64,000 nt of DNA from Candidatus Nomurabacteria bacterium (GCA_025361085.1 JANYAX010000012.1:255-64254), one strand, 5' to 3'; counted from the stretch's first letter, positions 48,672 to 59,800 are shown. The notes: generated by a model not told the origin, from the letters alone. Numbers and translations are program-made.

Positions 48672-49778
48672 ATGAAAAAATCATTTCAAATCTTGTTGCC
48701 TTTTGACAGGCACGGCCACTTGCGTGAAGTAAATACGCTTATGCCTGAAGTCCTGATTCATTCACTGAAAAGTTTTTGGGGTATGGTTGTTATGCCAAAT
48801 ACTGCTATCCCAATTACTGATTATGAATCTGCAGTGCGTTATCGTGAAGAAATAAAAACCCTAAGCAATAAGTATGGGTTTGGGGGGAATTTCCTTCCGG
48901 TCATGACTGGCTACCTGACCGACAATACAAATCCGGAAAATGTAAAGAGCGGATTTCTAAATGGTGCATGGAAAGCCATGAAACTCTATCCACACGGTGC
49001 GACAACAAACTCCGACAAAGGTGTTACTAAACTGGAAAAAATATTTCCGGTATTAGAAATGATGCAAAAAATCGGAATGTCGGTGCTTGTTCATCCAGAA
49101 ACAGATGTTTCAAGGAGCGATATTCCATTCATGGACAGAGAGCGCGTATACACAGAAGAGTCATTGTTTTTAATCCATGAACGTTTTCCTGAATTAACCA
49201 TTTCGGTTGAACACATTTCAACCCGAGAAGCCATGGAATTTGTTGAGTGGTGTCCAGATAATGTTGTTGGAACAATAACTCCGCAACATATCATGTATAC
49301 ACATGATGCACTTTTCCATAATGGAGTCCCCCCGTTTAAACCAGGGCTCTACCCTGAGAATATGTGCTTGCCGATACTAAAAACACAGGATGATGTAAAT
49401 TACATCCGAAATGCCATCATGCACGGAGAGAGAAGATACAAATTCGGAGCTGGGACAGATACTGCACCTCACACCCAAACAGCAAAGAAAGAAAACTGTA
49501 GCAGATGTGGGGTGTTCAATGCCTCACACGCCGTTGAGTTCTACACCATGATCTTTGACCAGGAAGGGATGCTAAACGATGAGAAAGGAATTCAAACTTT
49601 CCAAAACTTTATGTCCGTAAACAATTTATGGATTTATGGAATTAAAGAATTTCCAACTGAAATGATCACTCTGGTAAAAGAAGATCAGCAAATCCCTGAA
49701 ATTTATCCGGGAGACATTCGACCTTTCAAAGCCGGTCAGACTATCCCTTGGACAATGAAAAGGGAGTTGATTAAATAA
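48672..49778 (+). CDS. pyrC: Dihydroorotase (type II)
   Basis: DRHGHLR, VMPN, KLYPHGATTNS, EHIST, CLPILK, GTDTAPH. Confidence 0.92.
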   Translation: MKKSFQILLPFDRHGHLREVNTLMPEVLIHSLKSFWGMVVMPNTAIPITDYESAVRYREEIKTLSNKYGFGGNFLPVMTGYLTDNTNPENVKSGFLNGAWKAMKLYPHGATTNSDKGVTKLEKIFPVLEMMQKIGMSVLVHPETDVSRSDIPFMDRERVYTEESLFLIHERFPELTISVEHISTREAMEFVEWCPDNVVGTITPQHIMYTHDALFHNGVPPFKPGLYPENMCLPILKTQDDVNYIRNAIMHGERRYKFGAGTDTAPHTQTAKKENCSRCGVFNASHAVEFYTMIFDQEGMLNDEKGIQTFQNFMSVNNLWIYGIKEFPTEMITLVKEDQQIPEIYPGDIRPFKAGQTIPWTMKRELIK

Positions 49779-49892
49779 AATTGATTAAAAAACCTATAAA
49801 GAACCCCGCGAACACTGCGGGGTTTTCATTTGGCTTAATTTGACAAAAACCTGTGAAAATATAAGATGTGGGAAAACTAATCCTTAAAAAAT

Positions 49893-50624
49893 ATGGTTCC
49901 AGAAGAAAGATTTAATTCGAAAGAAATCAGCAAAGCGATAGCTTTGGCTGGGTTAAAGATCGGGGCAGTTAAAATAAGACCAGAGGATCCCTTTTTGTGG
50001 GCATCGGGTACTTATAACCCGATCTACAATGACAATCGGAGGTTTTTGTTTTATCCGGCATATCGCGAACTCATTACAAATGGGTTTGCCGAAATTATTT
50101 ACAAATTGGGTTTACATACAAATCCTAATTTAGTAATCGCTGGTACTTCAACCGCAGGGATTCCCCATGGATCCGCCCTTGCTACAAAACTTCACGTCCC
50201 CTTTATCTACATCCGGGATAAGCCGAAGGATCATGGACTCAAAAACCAAATCGAGGGAATTGATGTGGACGAAGATCTCAAAGGTTATCACGTCGTATTA
50301 ATCGAGGACTTAATTTCGACAGGGGGCAGTAGTGTCGCTGCAATTGCTGCAATACGAAACGCCAGCGGTTCCTGCAACTTATGTCTTTCGATTTTTAATT
50401 ACGGATTACCGAACCCCCCAAAAATGTTTAATGGAGATATCCCTTATAACGAAAAGGGAGATCGGCTACAAAGCCCCTGTGAAATAACTTCTTTACTTTA
50501 CTATCCTAAGCTGATATCCATAGGGATAGAAAAAGGATTAGTGAGTAAAAATCACGAGAAAACATTACTAGAGTGGATGAGTAATCAACCACACTGGGGT
50601 GAAAATCACGGATTCGTCCGATAA
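49893..50624 (+). CDS. pyrE: Orotate phosphoribosyltransferase
   Basis: FLWASG..PIY.DNR, KDHG..NQIEG, LIEDLISTGGS. Confidence 0.94.
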   Translation: MVPEERFNSKEISKAIALAGLKIGAVKIRPEDPFLWASGTYNPIYNDNRRFLFYPAYRELITNGFAEIIYKLGLHTNPNLVIAGTSTAGIPHGSALATKLHVPFIYIRDKPKDHGLKNQIEGIDVDEDLKGYHVVLIEDLISTGGSSVAAIAAIRNASGSCNLCLSIFNYGLPNPPKMFNGDIPYNEKGDRLQSPCEITSLLYYPKLISIGIEKGLVSKNHEKTLLEWMSNQPHWGENHGFVR

Positions 50625-50674
50625 AAAAAGAGCGCGCAGATACAATCTTGCGCGCTTTGTTTTTTCCTTCAGAA

Positions 50675-51460
50675 TTACTTTTCAATTTCTGCCATTGTCA
50701 ATCGGCAACTTTCTTCGGCACCTATACCAAGTTGCAAATTGCCTTTGGTTAATTGAGCTCCCATGACAACAAAAGTAGCTCCTAGATCAAGAGCTTCTCG
50801 GACTCCTGTTGTTCGTTTTTGGTGTTCGCCGGCCTTTTCCATCCATTTATCACGGATACCTGGGACAACAAAACCGCAACCAGCATAACAATTGAGATGA
50901 AGCATTGAAAGCTCGTGAGCTGAACATACAACCAGATCGTATGGCTCGGGGTTAATGTCTTTCTCAAATTTGATCTTCTTTTGATAGAATGAACGAAGCC
51001 GATCAATGTCAGAATAAATCTTATCAGCTGGGGTCATTCCAAAACGATCGACACATTCATCTTCACTTATATCAGTCGGTAGTGAGACCATCGCCAATTT
51101 GGTATTTGGCAATAACTTCCGAAGTTCAATGATGCCGGCGACGCTACATCCTGAAGATACAGTCAGGATGTTGGCTGGTGTATTTAAGTATTTTCTTAAT
51201 ACATTTACCAATGTGGCCGAAACATCGAAAATCTTTAAATCCAGGAAAAATCCGATCGGTAAACCTTTCCCTTTTAGACACTGCACAATCTCTTCGACGA
51301 TTTGTGGACCACCCAGATCCAAGTTGTGAACTCCGTCATTCAGTTTGATGTGAGAAATGATGTCCGTTAGACCTTTTATGTTTAGTGTCTTTTCAAGGGC
51401 ACCAAACAATGCGGCGGCTGTGGCATAGCCGTCGAGAGGAAGAATTGCTACTCTTTTCAT
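50675..51460 (-). CDS. pyrF: Orotidine-5'-phosphate decarboxylase
   Basis: FLDLKIFDV, VVPGIR, QKRT; next to pyrE. Confidence 0.85.
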   Translation of the reverse strand: MKRVAILPLDGYATAAALFGALEKTLNIKGLTDIISHIKLNDGVHNLDLGGPQIVEEIVQCLKGKGLPIGFFLDLKIFDVSATLVNVLRKYLNTPANILTVSSGCSVAGIIELRKLLPNTKLAMVSLPTDISEDECVDRFGMTPADKIYSDIDRLRSFYQKKIKFEKDINPEPYDLVVCSAHELSMLHLNCYAGCGFVVPGIRDKWMEKAGEHQKRTTGVREALDLGATFVVMGAQLTKGNLQLGIGAEESCRLTMAEIEK

Positions 51461-51541
51461 AATAAATTGATTAATTTTAAATAACTAGATTTTTATTAGT
51501 TCAACCCTATTACAACTAATTAACTGTCTGAAAACAAAATG

Positions 51542-51772
51542 TTAACAAATTAAAATAGTGTACCGACAGTTTTGTTGATACCACATTTGTCTTAACCGTC
51601 GTATCTTCCTACGAGAAAAAAATCTGAAATCGCCATAGAACGCATATTCATTCCATTTGCGACGAAGTTCTTTTTTGAAAGATTTTTTACTCCCAAAAAA
51701 GACAAGAAGCTTTTCTGAGTTGTCACTCAATCCAAGGTTCTTATTCCGGATATTAGATAACAATTTCATCAT
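51542..51772 (-). CDS. Small basic hypothetical protein
   Basis: 76-aa ORF; upstream TTGACA; no recognised motif. Confidence 0.4.
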   Translation of the reverse strand: MMKLLSNIRNKNLGLSDNSEKLLVFFGSKKSFKKELRRKWNEYAFYGDFRFFSRRKIRRLRQMWYQQNCRYTILIC

Positions 51773-51894
51773 TTAATATCGTCTTCTAAATTTTTTCATT
51801 TTCAAGATTTTAAGTTAAATTTATCTTAACATTATTCTTTTTCCCCTTTTTGTCAAATAGAAAATGGGCCATAACGACCCATTAACTTAAAATT

Positions 51895-52116
51895 TTACCC
51901 AACTGATCTGCCAAAATTACTAAAACTAAAACTCCGCATCCTCTTCTGCAACCTCAGAACGACTTCTACTAAGTGTTCATAGGCAATCCTTTGCGATTCA
52001 TAATCGCCATTCGGAAAAGGATTTTCATCAAGATATTTCCTAAGTTCGAGTTGAAGATCCTCTTCTTCTTTTCTATTTCTTGCGTGCATTTTTGCGACGC
52101 TTTCTTGTGTTGCCAT
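51895..52116 (-). CDS. Small hypothetical protein
   Basis: 73-aa ORF with upstream TTGACT..TAGTAT promoter. Confidence 0.5.
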   Translation of the reverse strand: MATQESVAKMHARNRKEEEDLQLELRKYLDENPFPNGDYESQRIAYEHLVEVVLRLQKRMRSFSFSNFGRSVG

Positions 52117-52228
52117 TTTGTGAAAAATTAATAATTTTATTTGATACTACAATTATCAGTAATTTAAGTCAAATAAACAACTGTAACACTTACAAACGGC
52201 CGTTGCTATCTGTTACAAAAATCATGTA

Positions 52229-52262
52229 CATCAAAAAACTCCCCGAAGGGAGTTTTTTGATG
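52229..52262. terminator. Terminator after rplB
   Basis: CATCAAAAAACTCCC-cgaa-GGGAGTTTTTTGATG. Confidence 0.8.
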
Positions 52263-52346
52263 ATAGAATTTTTGTTGTTATTAAGACTTCTTTGTTTTTC
52301 CTCTGCCTGCGCAAGCGGGCAACCTTTTGGCAAAAATAATTTTTCT

Positions 52347-53198
52347 CTACTTATTATTTTTAGTTTTACCGACACGTCTTCGACTGACAATCCACATGTT
52401 TGAATACTTCTTTGGTGTTCTTGTTTTTTGGCCTTTTCCTGTTGGTTTACCCCACATACTTTTGGCTCGGCGTAGTCCGCGTCCTTGGCGTCCTTCACCT
52501 CCACCGTGTGGGTGATCAACTGGGTTCATCGCAGTACCACGAACAGTTGGGCGAATACCCTTCCAACGTGAGCGTCCTGCTTTCCCAAAATTTTGAAGTT
52601 TATATTCACTATTTGAAACTTCTCCAATAGAAGCCCAAGCATTTTCTTGAACTTTTCTGACTTCAGTTGATGGCATTTTGATATTGGTATAACCAAGATC
52701 ATTTGCGACAACTTGTCCGAACGTTCCAGCCGAGCGTGCGAGCTTGCCACCATTGCCTGGTTTGATTTCAATATTGTAAACAAATGTTCCAATTGGAATT
52801 ATTCGAAGTGGTAATCTGTTCCCAATTGTAAGAGGAGCTTTTTCTGAAACGATGAAAATATCTCCAACTTTCATTGACTTAGGGACGATAACGTATCTTT
52901 TCTCTCCATCGGCGTAACAAGCAAGACTGATGAATGCATTACGATTTGGATCATACTCAATTGAAGTTATCTTCGCAGGGATATCATGCTTGTTGTACAT
53001 GAAATCTATCTCACGATAAAGACGCTTGTGACCACCCCCTTTGTGGCGAGTAGTGATACGCCCTTGATTATTTCTTCCAACTGAACGTTTGAAACCTTTT
53101 GTTAAAGATTTCTCCGGAGTACCTTTGGTCAATACATTTCTGTAAGTGACAGTAGTCTGGTGACGTTTTGCTGGACTTGTAGGTCTATATGTTTTCAT
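52347..53198 (-). CDS. rplB: 50S ribosomal protein L2
   Basis: IEYDPNR, RPTVRGTAMNPVDHPHGGGEG. Confidence 0.98.
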   Translation of the reverse strand: MKTYRPTSPAKRHQTTVTYRNVLTKGTPEKSLTKGFKRSVGRNNQGRITTRHKGGGHKRLYREIDFMYNKHDIPAKITSIEYDPNRNAFISLACYADGEKRYVIVPKSMKVGDIFIVSEKAPLTIGNRLPLRIIPIGTFVYNIEIKPGNGGKLARSAGTFGQVVANDLGYTNIKMPSTEVRKVQENAWASIGEVSNSEYKLQNFGKAGRSRWKGIRPTVRGTAMNPVDHPHGGGEGRQGRGLRRAKSMWGKPTGKGQKTRTPKKYSNMWIVSRRRVGKTKNNK

Positions 53199-53257
53199 AA
53201 TTTATATTGTCCACATGTCGGACTTGTGTTTCCCACAAGTCCGACATGTGGTCTATT

Positions 53258-53587
53258 CTATGCAAATACTATTTTATCTCCTTTCTTCAAATGTACGACC
53301 GCTTTCTTCCCTCCTTGTTTGATACTTACAATTCCACGACGAGTAACGGTTTTCTTCGCAATTTGTGTAACTGCAACTCGAACTGGCATAACCCCATAAA
53401 CCAACTTGATGGCTTTTTTAATTTCATTCTTGTTAGCGCTTTGAGCTACGTTGAAAGTATAAACCCCTTTCTCTGCGTTGATAGCAGATTTTTCGGTGAC
53501 ACGTGCACCTTTTAGAAGTGGATGAGTTTTCTCTTTCTTTGTGTCTACTTTCTCTTCTTTATTCTTTTTTGTTTTTGTTGTTGCCAT
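53258..53587 (-). CDS. rplW: 50S ribosomal protein L23
   Basis: VTEKS, YTFNV, KKAVVHLKKG. Confidence 0.94.
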   Translation of the reverse strand: MATTKTKKNKEEKVDTKKEKTHPLLKGARVTEKSAINAEKGVYTFNVAQSANKNEIKKAIKLVYGVMPVRVAVTQIAKKTVTRRGIVSIKQGGKKAVVHLKKGDKIVFA

Positions 53588-53598
53588 ATACTATAAAG

Positions 53599-54360
53599 CT
53601 ATTTCTGCTTTTCCATTTTGCCACCCAAGAAAGCAAAACTTTCTGTTGGCTGTGAAATAATAATATACTTGAAAGCAAGCAAATCCACCGGATTTATATT
53701 GCGTATTTCGTCAATTTCAACCGTTTTAATATTGGCAAAACTCTTCTTCAAAGTATCACTTTTAGCTGGAACTGTTACATATGTATTCGGCTTTTTACCA
53801 CCAACCATTCTTTCAAAACCTTTGACTGTACTCAATTCTTTCATGACTGCTACAGCATCTTTAGTTTTGATATTTTTAAGAGTTAATTCTTCAACGAAAA
53901 GAATATTTCCTTTTCGAAATTTCTCAGAAAGTACGGTGAAAAGTGCTTTCGTCTTCATCTTCTTGTTTATTTTCTGATCATAACTCTTTTCATTGCGTGG
54001 CCCATGTGCAACTCCTCCACCAACCCATATTGGAGAACGGCTTGAACCGTGACGAGCACGACCTGTACCTTTTTGTCTCCATGGTTTCCTTCCTCCTCCA
54101 CGAACTTCTCCGCGTGTCTTTGTGTGAGCAACTGGTGTACGAGCATTTGCTTGCATCGCAGTTACTACTTGGTGAACTAGGTCACCATTCCAAGACAAAC
54201 CAAAGATTGATTCTGGAAGTGAAAGTTTCCCGACTGACTTTCCTTTTTGATTATATACGTCAGTTGTCATTACTTTTTCGGCTGTGACAGGCTTTACTTT
54301 TTTGACGGTCTCTTCAGCTACAACTTCACTATTCTTTTTTGTTGTTTCTTTTATAGTCAT
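53599..54360 (-). CDS. rplD: 50S ribosomal protein L4
   Basis: TKTRGEVRGGGRKPWRQKGTGRARHGS. Confidence 0.97.
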   Translation of the reverse strand: MTIKETTKKNSEVVAEETVKKVKPVTAEKVMTTDVYNQKGKSVGKLSLPESIFGLSWNGDLVHQVVTAMQANARTPVAHTKTRGEVRGGGRKPWRQKGTGRARHGSSRSPIWVGGGVAHGPRNEKSYDQKINKKMKTKALFTVLSEKFRKGNILFVEELTLKNIKTKDAVAVMKELSTVKGFERMVGGKKPNTYVTVPAKSDTLKKSFANIKTVEIDEIRNINPVDLLAFKYIIISQPTESFAFLGGKMEKQK

Positions 54361-54364
54361 AAAA

Positions 54365-55018
54365 TTAGCCGATGATTTCTACGAGCGTTCCACGGCGTCC
54401 AGGAATCGCACCCTTAATAAGTAATTGATTGTTTTCGAGATCAACTCCAATAACTTCAAGATTCTTTATTGTGATACGATCTCCACCCATACGACCTCCC
54501 ATGCGCATTCCTTTTGGAACTTTATTTCGAAGACCTCCTCCGATAGAACCCGGTTCACGTTCTGAGTGTTTTTGACCATGCGATCGTGGCCCACCGTGGA
54601 AACCATGGCGTTTAACAACACCTTGGAAACCTTTACTTTTTGAAATACCAGAAACTGTTATGACGTCGCCTTTTTTAAATACGCCAACGTTTATAGTATC
54701 TCCTTCTTTTATTTCTTCAATGTCTCTGAATTCTCGAAGATGTTTGTAAGCACTGCCATCTTTCTCACCACCTTCTTTTTCAGTTTGTCCTGCATGCGCA
54801 GGCCTGGATGCCAAGACATGCCCAAGATGTGCCTTTGTCGCACGACTTGCTTTTTGTTCTTCGAAAGCAACTTGAATCGCTGTGTATCCATCGACGTCGG
54901 GGCTCTTTACTTGAGTCACGACGATAGGACCAGCAGAAATAACTGTTGCTGGAACTGCTGTACCATCTTCTAGAAAGCACTGCATCATATGCTGTTTTTT
55001 ACCAAGAATGAATTTCAT
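54365..55018 (-). CDS. rplC: 50S ribosomal protein L3
   Basis: DGYTAIQV, SKSKGFQGVVKRHGF, GAIPG. Confidence 0.97.
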   Translation of the reverse strand: MKFILGKKQHMMQCFLEDGTAVPATVISAGPIVVTQVKSPDVDGYTAIQVAFEEQKASRATKAHLGHVLASRPAHAGQTEKEGGEKDGSAYKHLREFRDIEEIKEGDTINVGVFKKGDVITVSGISKSKGFQGVVKRHGFHGGPRSHGQKHSEREPGSIGGGLRNKVPKGMRMGGRMGGDRITIKNLEVIGVDLENNQLLIKGAIPGRRGTLVEIIG

Positions 55019-55022
55019 ATAA

Positions 55023-55382
55023 TTACATCATTTTCACATCTATATCAACACCGGATGGTAATGATAGATTTGTGAGTGCCTCAATAGTTTTTGGATTTGG
55101 ATTCAAAATATCAATGACACGTTTATGGATTCGTATTTCGAACTGTTCACGAGCATTCTTAAAGACGAATGATGCTCGATTCACTGTATACTTTTTAATT
55201 TCTGTTGGAAGTGGAATAGGACCAACTATTTTCGCATCATAACGTAGAGCTGTATCTATAATCTGCTTGACTGAAGTGTCAAGAATTTTATTCTCGTATG
55301 CTCTTACGCGGATACGAAGCTGGACAACTACATCGTCCTTCCCTTTTTTTACTTTTGCTACTTTCTTTGTTGTCGTTGTCAT
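55023..55382 (-). CDS. rpsJ: 30S ribosomal protein S10
   Basis: GPIPLPT, REQFEIRIHKR, LPSGVDI. Confidence 0.97.
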   Translation of the reverse strand: MTTTTKKVAKVKKGKDDVVVQLRIRVRAYENKILDTSVKQIIDTALRYDAKIVGPIPLPTEIKKYTVNRASFVFKNAREQFEIRIHKRVIDILNPNPKTIEALTNLSLPSGVDIDVKMM

Positions 55383-55462
55383 AAAGGTTAGGTTCTAAGT
55401 TCTAGCTTCTAGCTTCTAATATTTCTATTATTAGAAGCTAGCGACTAGTTACTAACAACTAA

Positions 55463-56659
55463 TTATTTGTTGATTTTTGTTACGACACCTGCGCCGACTG
55501 TTTTACCACCTTCACGGATAGCAAAGTGCATTTGTTCTTCAAGCGCAACTGGGGTTACAAGTTTAACACCTAGCTTAACTGTATCTCCTGGCATAACCAT
55601 TTCTACACCAGCTGGAAGAGTTGTGTCTCCTGTAACGTCTGTTGTACGAATGTAGAATTGAGGTTTGTATCCAGTAAAGAATGGGGTGTGACGTCCGCCT
55701 TCTTCTTTCTTCAAAATGTAAACTTCACATTCGAATTCTGAATGAGGAGTAACTGTTCCTGGTTTAACAAGAACTTGTCCACGAGTAACATCTTCTTTCT
55801 TAATTCCGCGGATAAGGATACCGGCGTTGTCGCCTGCCATACCTTCTTTCAAATTTTTATTGAACATTTCGATACCAGTGACTGTTGTCTTTGCTGTATC
55901 TTTAATACCAACAATTTCAACATCTTCACCAACTTTCACAATTCCGCGTTCAATTTTACCAGTAACAACTGTTCCACGTCCTTCGATAGAAAAGATATCT
56001 TCGATAGGCATTAGGAATGGTTTTGTGATATCGCGTTCTGGAACTGGAATATATGTATCGAGAGCGTTGACCAATTCAAGAATATTTTTAGCGTATGGGT
56101 CAGAATTATCTTTTGATTCAAGCGCCTTCAAAGCTGATCCACGGATAACTGGAGCTTGTCCATCAAAGCCTTGTTTTACAAGGAGTTCACGGACTTCTTC
56201 TTCGACGAGGTCAAGCATGTCGGGGTCATCAACCATGTCGCATTTGTTTAAGAAAACGATAATTTTAGGAACGTTAACTTGCTTTGCAAGAAGGATGTGC
56301 TCACGTGTCTGTGGCATAACTCCATCTGTCGCAGCGACAACGATAACAGCACCATCCATTTGGGCAGCACCAGTAATCATGTTCTTAATATAGTCAGCGT
56401 GTCCTGGAGCATCAATGTGTGCGTAGTGACGTGTTGGTGTCCAATATTCGTTGTGAGAAAGAGCAATCGTGATACCACGAGCTTTTTCTTCTGGAGCTGA
56501 GTCGATTTGATCAACACCTTTAATTTTGGCTCCATATCCTTCACCTTGACGTGCCAAAATTGCTAAAATAGCCGCAGTTAATGTGGTTTTCCCGTGGTCG
56601 ACGTGACCAATAGTACCAACGTTAACGTGAGGCTTATCTCTGTTAAATTCTTCTGCCAT
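55463..56659 (-). CDS. tuf: Elongation factor Tu
   Basis: [31 protein letters not shown]. Confidence 0.98.
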   Translation of the reverse strand: MAEEFNRDKPHVNVGTIGHVDHGKTTLTAAILAILARQGEGYGAKIKGVDQIDSAPEEKARGITIALSHNEYWTPTRHYAHIDAPGHADYIKNMITGAAQMDGAVIVVAATDGVMPQTREHILLAKQVNVPKIIVFLNKCDMVDDPDMLDLVEEEVRELLVKQGFDGQAPVIRGSALKALESKDNSDPYAKNILELVNALDTYIPVPERDITKPFLMPIEDIFSIEGRGTVVTGKIERGIVKVGEDVEIVGIKDTAKTTVTGIEMFNKNLKEGMAGDNAGILIRGIKKEDVTRGQVLVKPGTVTPHSEFECEVYILKKEEGGRHTPFFTGYKPQFYIRTTDVTGDTTLPAGVEMVMPGDTVKLGVKLVTPVALEEQMHFAIREGGKTVGAGVVTKINK

Positions 56660-56840
56660 ATATTTTTTTATTGGTTGGTAATTGGAATAAAATATACGAG
56701 TGTTACTTTATTCAAACTATCAACATAAATTACTATTAATAAGTTTTTATCTTATTTTTCGAAATAATGATAAAAATAAACGCAATAAAGCGATTGCCTT
56801 TCATACTAGCAAATATGAGGGAAAAGTCAAATTTACCTTT

Positions 56841-59800
56841 CTATCTTTCTTTTATTATGAGATCAATGACCTTCGTCTTAATTTCTTTAGTGCCTGTTCC
56901 GGTACTATTGTTACATTTTAGGGTATAAGTAGTATTAACTTTAGGAGAAACCTTCACAGGAGGGATGTCATTACTGTCAGTTCTACCTTGAGTATTTACA
57001 ACCTCACCAGCAGTCGAACTGGTTATTGAACAAGAATCGGCAATTGTCGATTTCCAAATAAGAGTTGATACCCCCCCTTGGAAAATCGTTTCTGGATCTG
57101 CGGTAAACGTAAATATATCATCACCTCCACCAGGAAGATTTAGTTTGCATTTTGCTCCATCCCAAGTCGTATTATTTGCACAAGTTGCCGTCGTGTTAAT
57201 AGTCTTCACTAATTGTCCTCCGCTGTAAAGATTGAGTATTTTGTTCTCTAAGTGAGAAATATCGAATGAGGCTGTTCCAGAAACTGCTGGGGTAGAATTA
57301 ACCACAGTTAAGTTTCCAGGATTTGCAGTGAGAGATGAATTCCCAATAGGGTTCGTTACAGACCAACTGAGTCCAGCCGTGCAACTACTATGATCTGCTA
57401 TTATAGAACACCCCGGAGTAGAGATTTCACCAGAAGGCACAACACATTTACTTCCATCCCAGAAAGTTTGAACTGGGGTGTTTGTACATGTTGCATTCAC
57501 AGTCTTTTCATCTAATTTAACTCCATTATGATAGAGGAAGAATGTTCTACCTCCATACTCGACAGCGTAGCTAACCCCTATGGTGTTTGTATTTGCAGGT
57601 GTTCCGATAGTAATATTTGTTGGAGTAGTAACCGAAGAAGTTGCCGTTGCTAAAGGATATAGTGTTTGCCATTTTATCGTCGAGGAACAACTACTTTCCC
57701 CGGCTCCGATTTCACAAGAACTTGGAGTAGTTGTGACAATCCCACTCGGAGTCGTACATTTCATATTCGTAGAATCCCAAGTTGAAAGTGAATCACACGT
57801 TGCCGTTACTACTTGAGATTGAGACAATAATACAACATTATGATAAAGGTAGAATGTTGTTGAACCAAAATTAATTGCATTTGGAACATTTGTACCAGAG
57901 GTTAAAGCAGATATGGTTGTTCCAATTGGATTATTTTTTGTAACAGCGGTAGGGTTAGCAGTCAGATTCGCAGTTGTCCAATTTAATGTTGAATTACATG
58001 TACTTGCTCCAGCTGTGATAATACATGAGGTTGCCGATATATTCCCCGTTGGCTTCAATGTAAATGTTGCTGTACAAATTTTATTTGCATTCATTGTTAC
58101 TTGCCCACTTGCATTACAATCACCACTCCAGCTTACGAAAGTTGAACTTGCATCAGGTGTTGCTGTAGCAGTAACCGGGGTATTGTAATTAAATGAAGTC
58201 GAACATGTTGCTCCACAATTAATTCCAGCAGGATTCGAAGTTACTGTTCCTGTCCCTGATCCTATTTTGGAGATAGTTAGAGTATAAGAATCTATTACAC
58301 ACTTTGTGCCATCCCAATGATTATTAGCGGCACAATTTGTATTTACCGTTGCCTGAGCGAGCAAAACAGAATTGTTGTAAAGATTGAAGATCACACCAGA
58401 AACATTGTAAGGAGCAGTAAATGTTTGAGAACCAGAATTCCCGTTTGCTGGACTTGGTGTCCCCGTTGCGCTAGTCACAGCTGATGTTCCGATTGGATTT
58501 GTTGTCGTCCATGACAAGGTTGGAGTTGTACAACTACTTGCACCTGTTGCAATCGTACAAGTTGATGATGCTGGAGTTAGTGTCCCTGTCATTTGAATAA
58601 ATGTGGCACTGACAGTACAGTTAGATGTGATTGTTCCTGTTGTATATATTGTTCCAGAAAGTGAACCGGCACAACCTGAGGCTGAAGCAATGTATCCAGA
58701 ATTTGGAGTAACAGTAAATGTTGTTGTTGAACCATAATTTACAGTTCTTGTTGCAGGAGAAATTGTTCCACCGGTGCCAGCAGTTCCTGAGACAGTGTAG
58801 TTAGAAGGTACACATTTTAAGGTATCCCACACCGTCCCACTCACACAACTTGCATTTGCTGTTGCTTGGGCAAGTAAAACACTGTTGTAAAGATAAAATG
58901 TTCGAGAACCATAAGCAACGGTGTAAGTTGTAGAACCAGAGTTTCCATTTGCAACAGTAATACTTGTAGGAGTTGTGACTTGAGATGTTGCCTTGGGATT
59001 TGAAGTACTCCAATTTAATGTTGAGCTACAACTACTTGCACCTGATGCGATCGTACAATCTGAAGCGGTGATAGATCCTGATGACCCGACAGTGACAGTT
59101 GTTGAAGCACTTCCACTTGTACTATTTAATCCAGTACATGAGAGAGTAAATGTTGTATCTGCTGTTAATGCTCCTGTCGAAACACTACCTGATGTTCCCT
59201 TTGATCCTGACCATCCACCACTTGCTGTACATGATGTAGCATTTGTTGATGACCAAGTAAGAGTTGAGGAATCATTGTAAGCTATACTTGTTGGACTTGC
59301 AGTTAGAGTGACAGAGAGGGGTGCGCATTTTAACCCATCCCAAGTTGTCCCACTCACACAACTTGCATTTGCTGTTGCTTGAGAGAGAAGAACGGAATTG
59401 TTGTAGAGATATAGATTTCTAGAACTATAATATACAGTGACTGATTGATTCGTACCTGAGTTCCCAGAATAAACCGTGAAATTTGGAGTTGATACATTAC
59501 TATTATTCACATCACTTGTTATAGCAGATGTTCCGATTGGGTTTGTTGTTGTCCAAGTTATATTTGAAGTACAGTTATTTGACCCTGAAACAATAACACA
59601 ATTAGGAGCGGTTAATGACCCGTACATAAATGTGGCAGTAACAGTACAATCTGCAGTTATTGCGCCAGTAGTGTAAGTATTCCCTGAAAGTGACCCGCTA
59701 CAACCTGTAACAGATTTTATTGCACTATTTGTATTTGGAGTAACAGTAAATGTTGTTGTACCTCCATAGTTTACAGTTCTTGTTGCAGGAGAGATTGTTC

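Noticed and set aside
51773-51799. In-frame MKKFRRRY-TAA before the 76-aa ORF (possible readthrough or recoding)
   Set aside because: Single instance; TAA, TAG and TGA all act as normal stops elsewhere in the window
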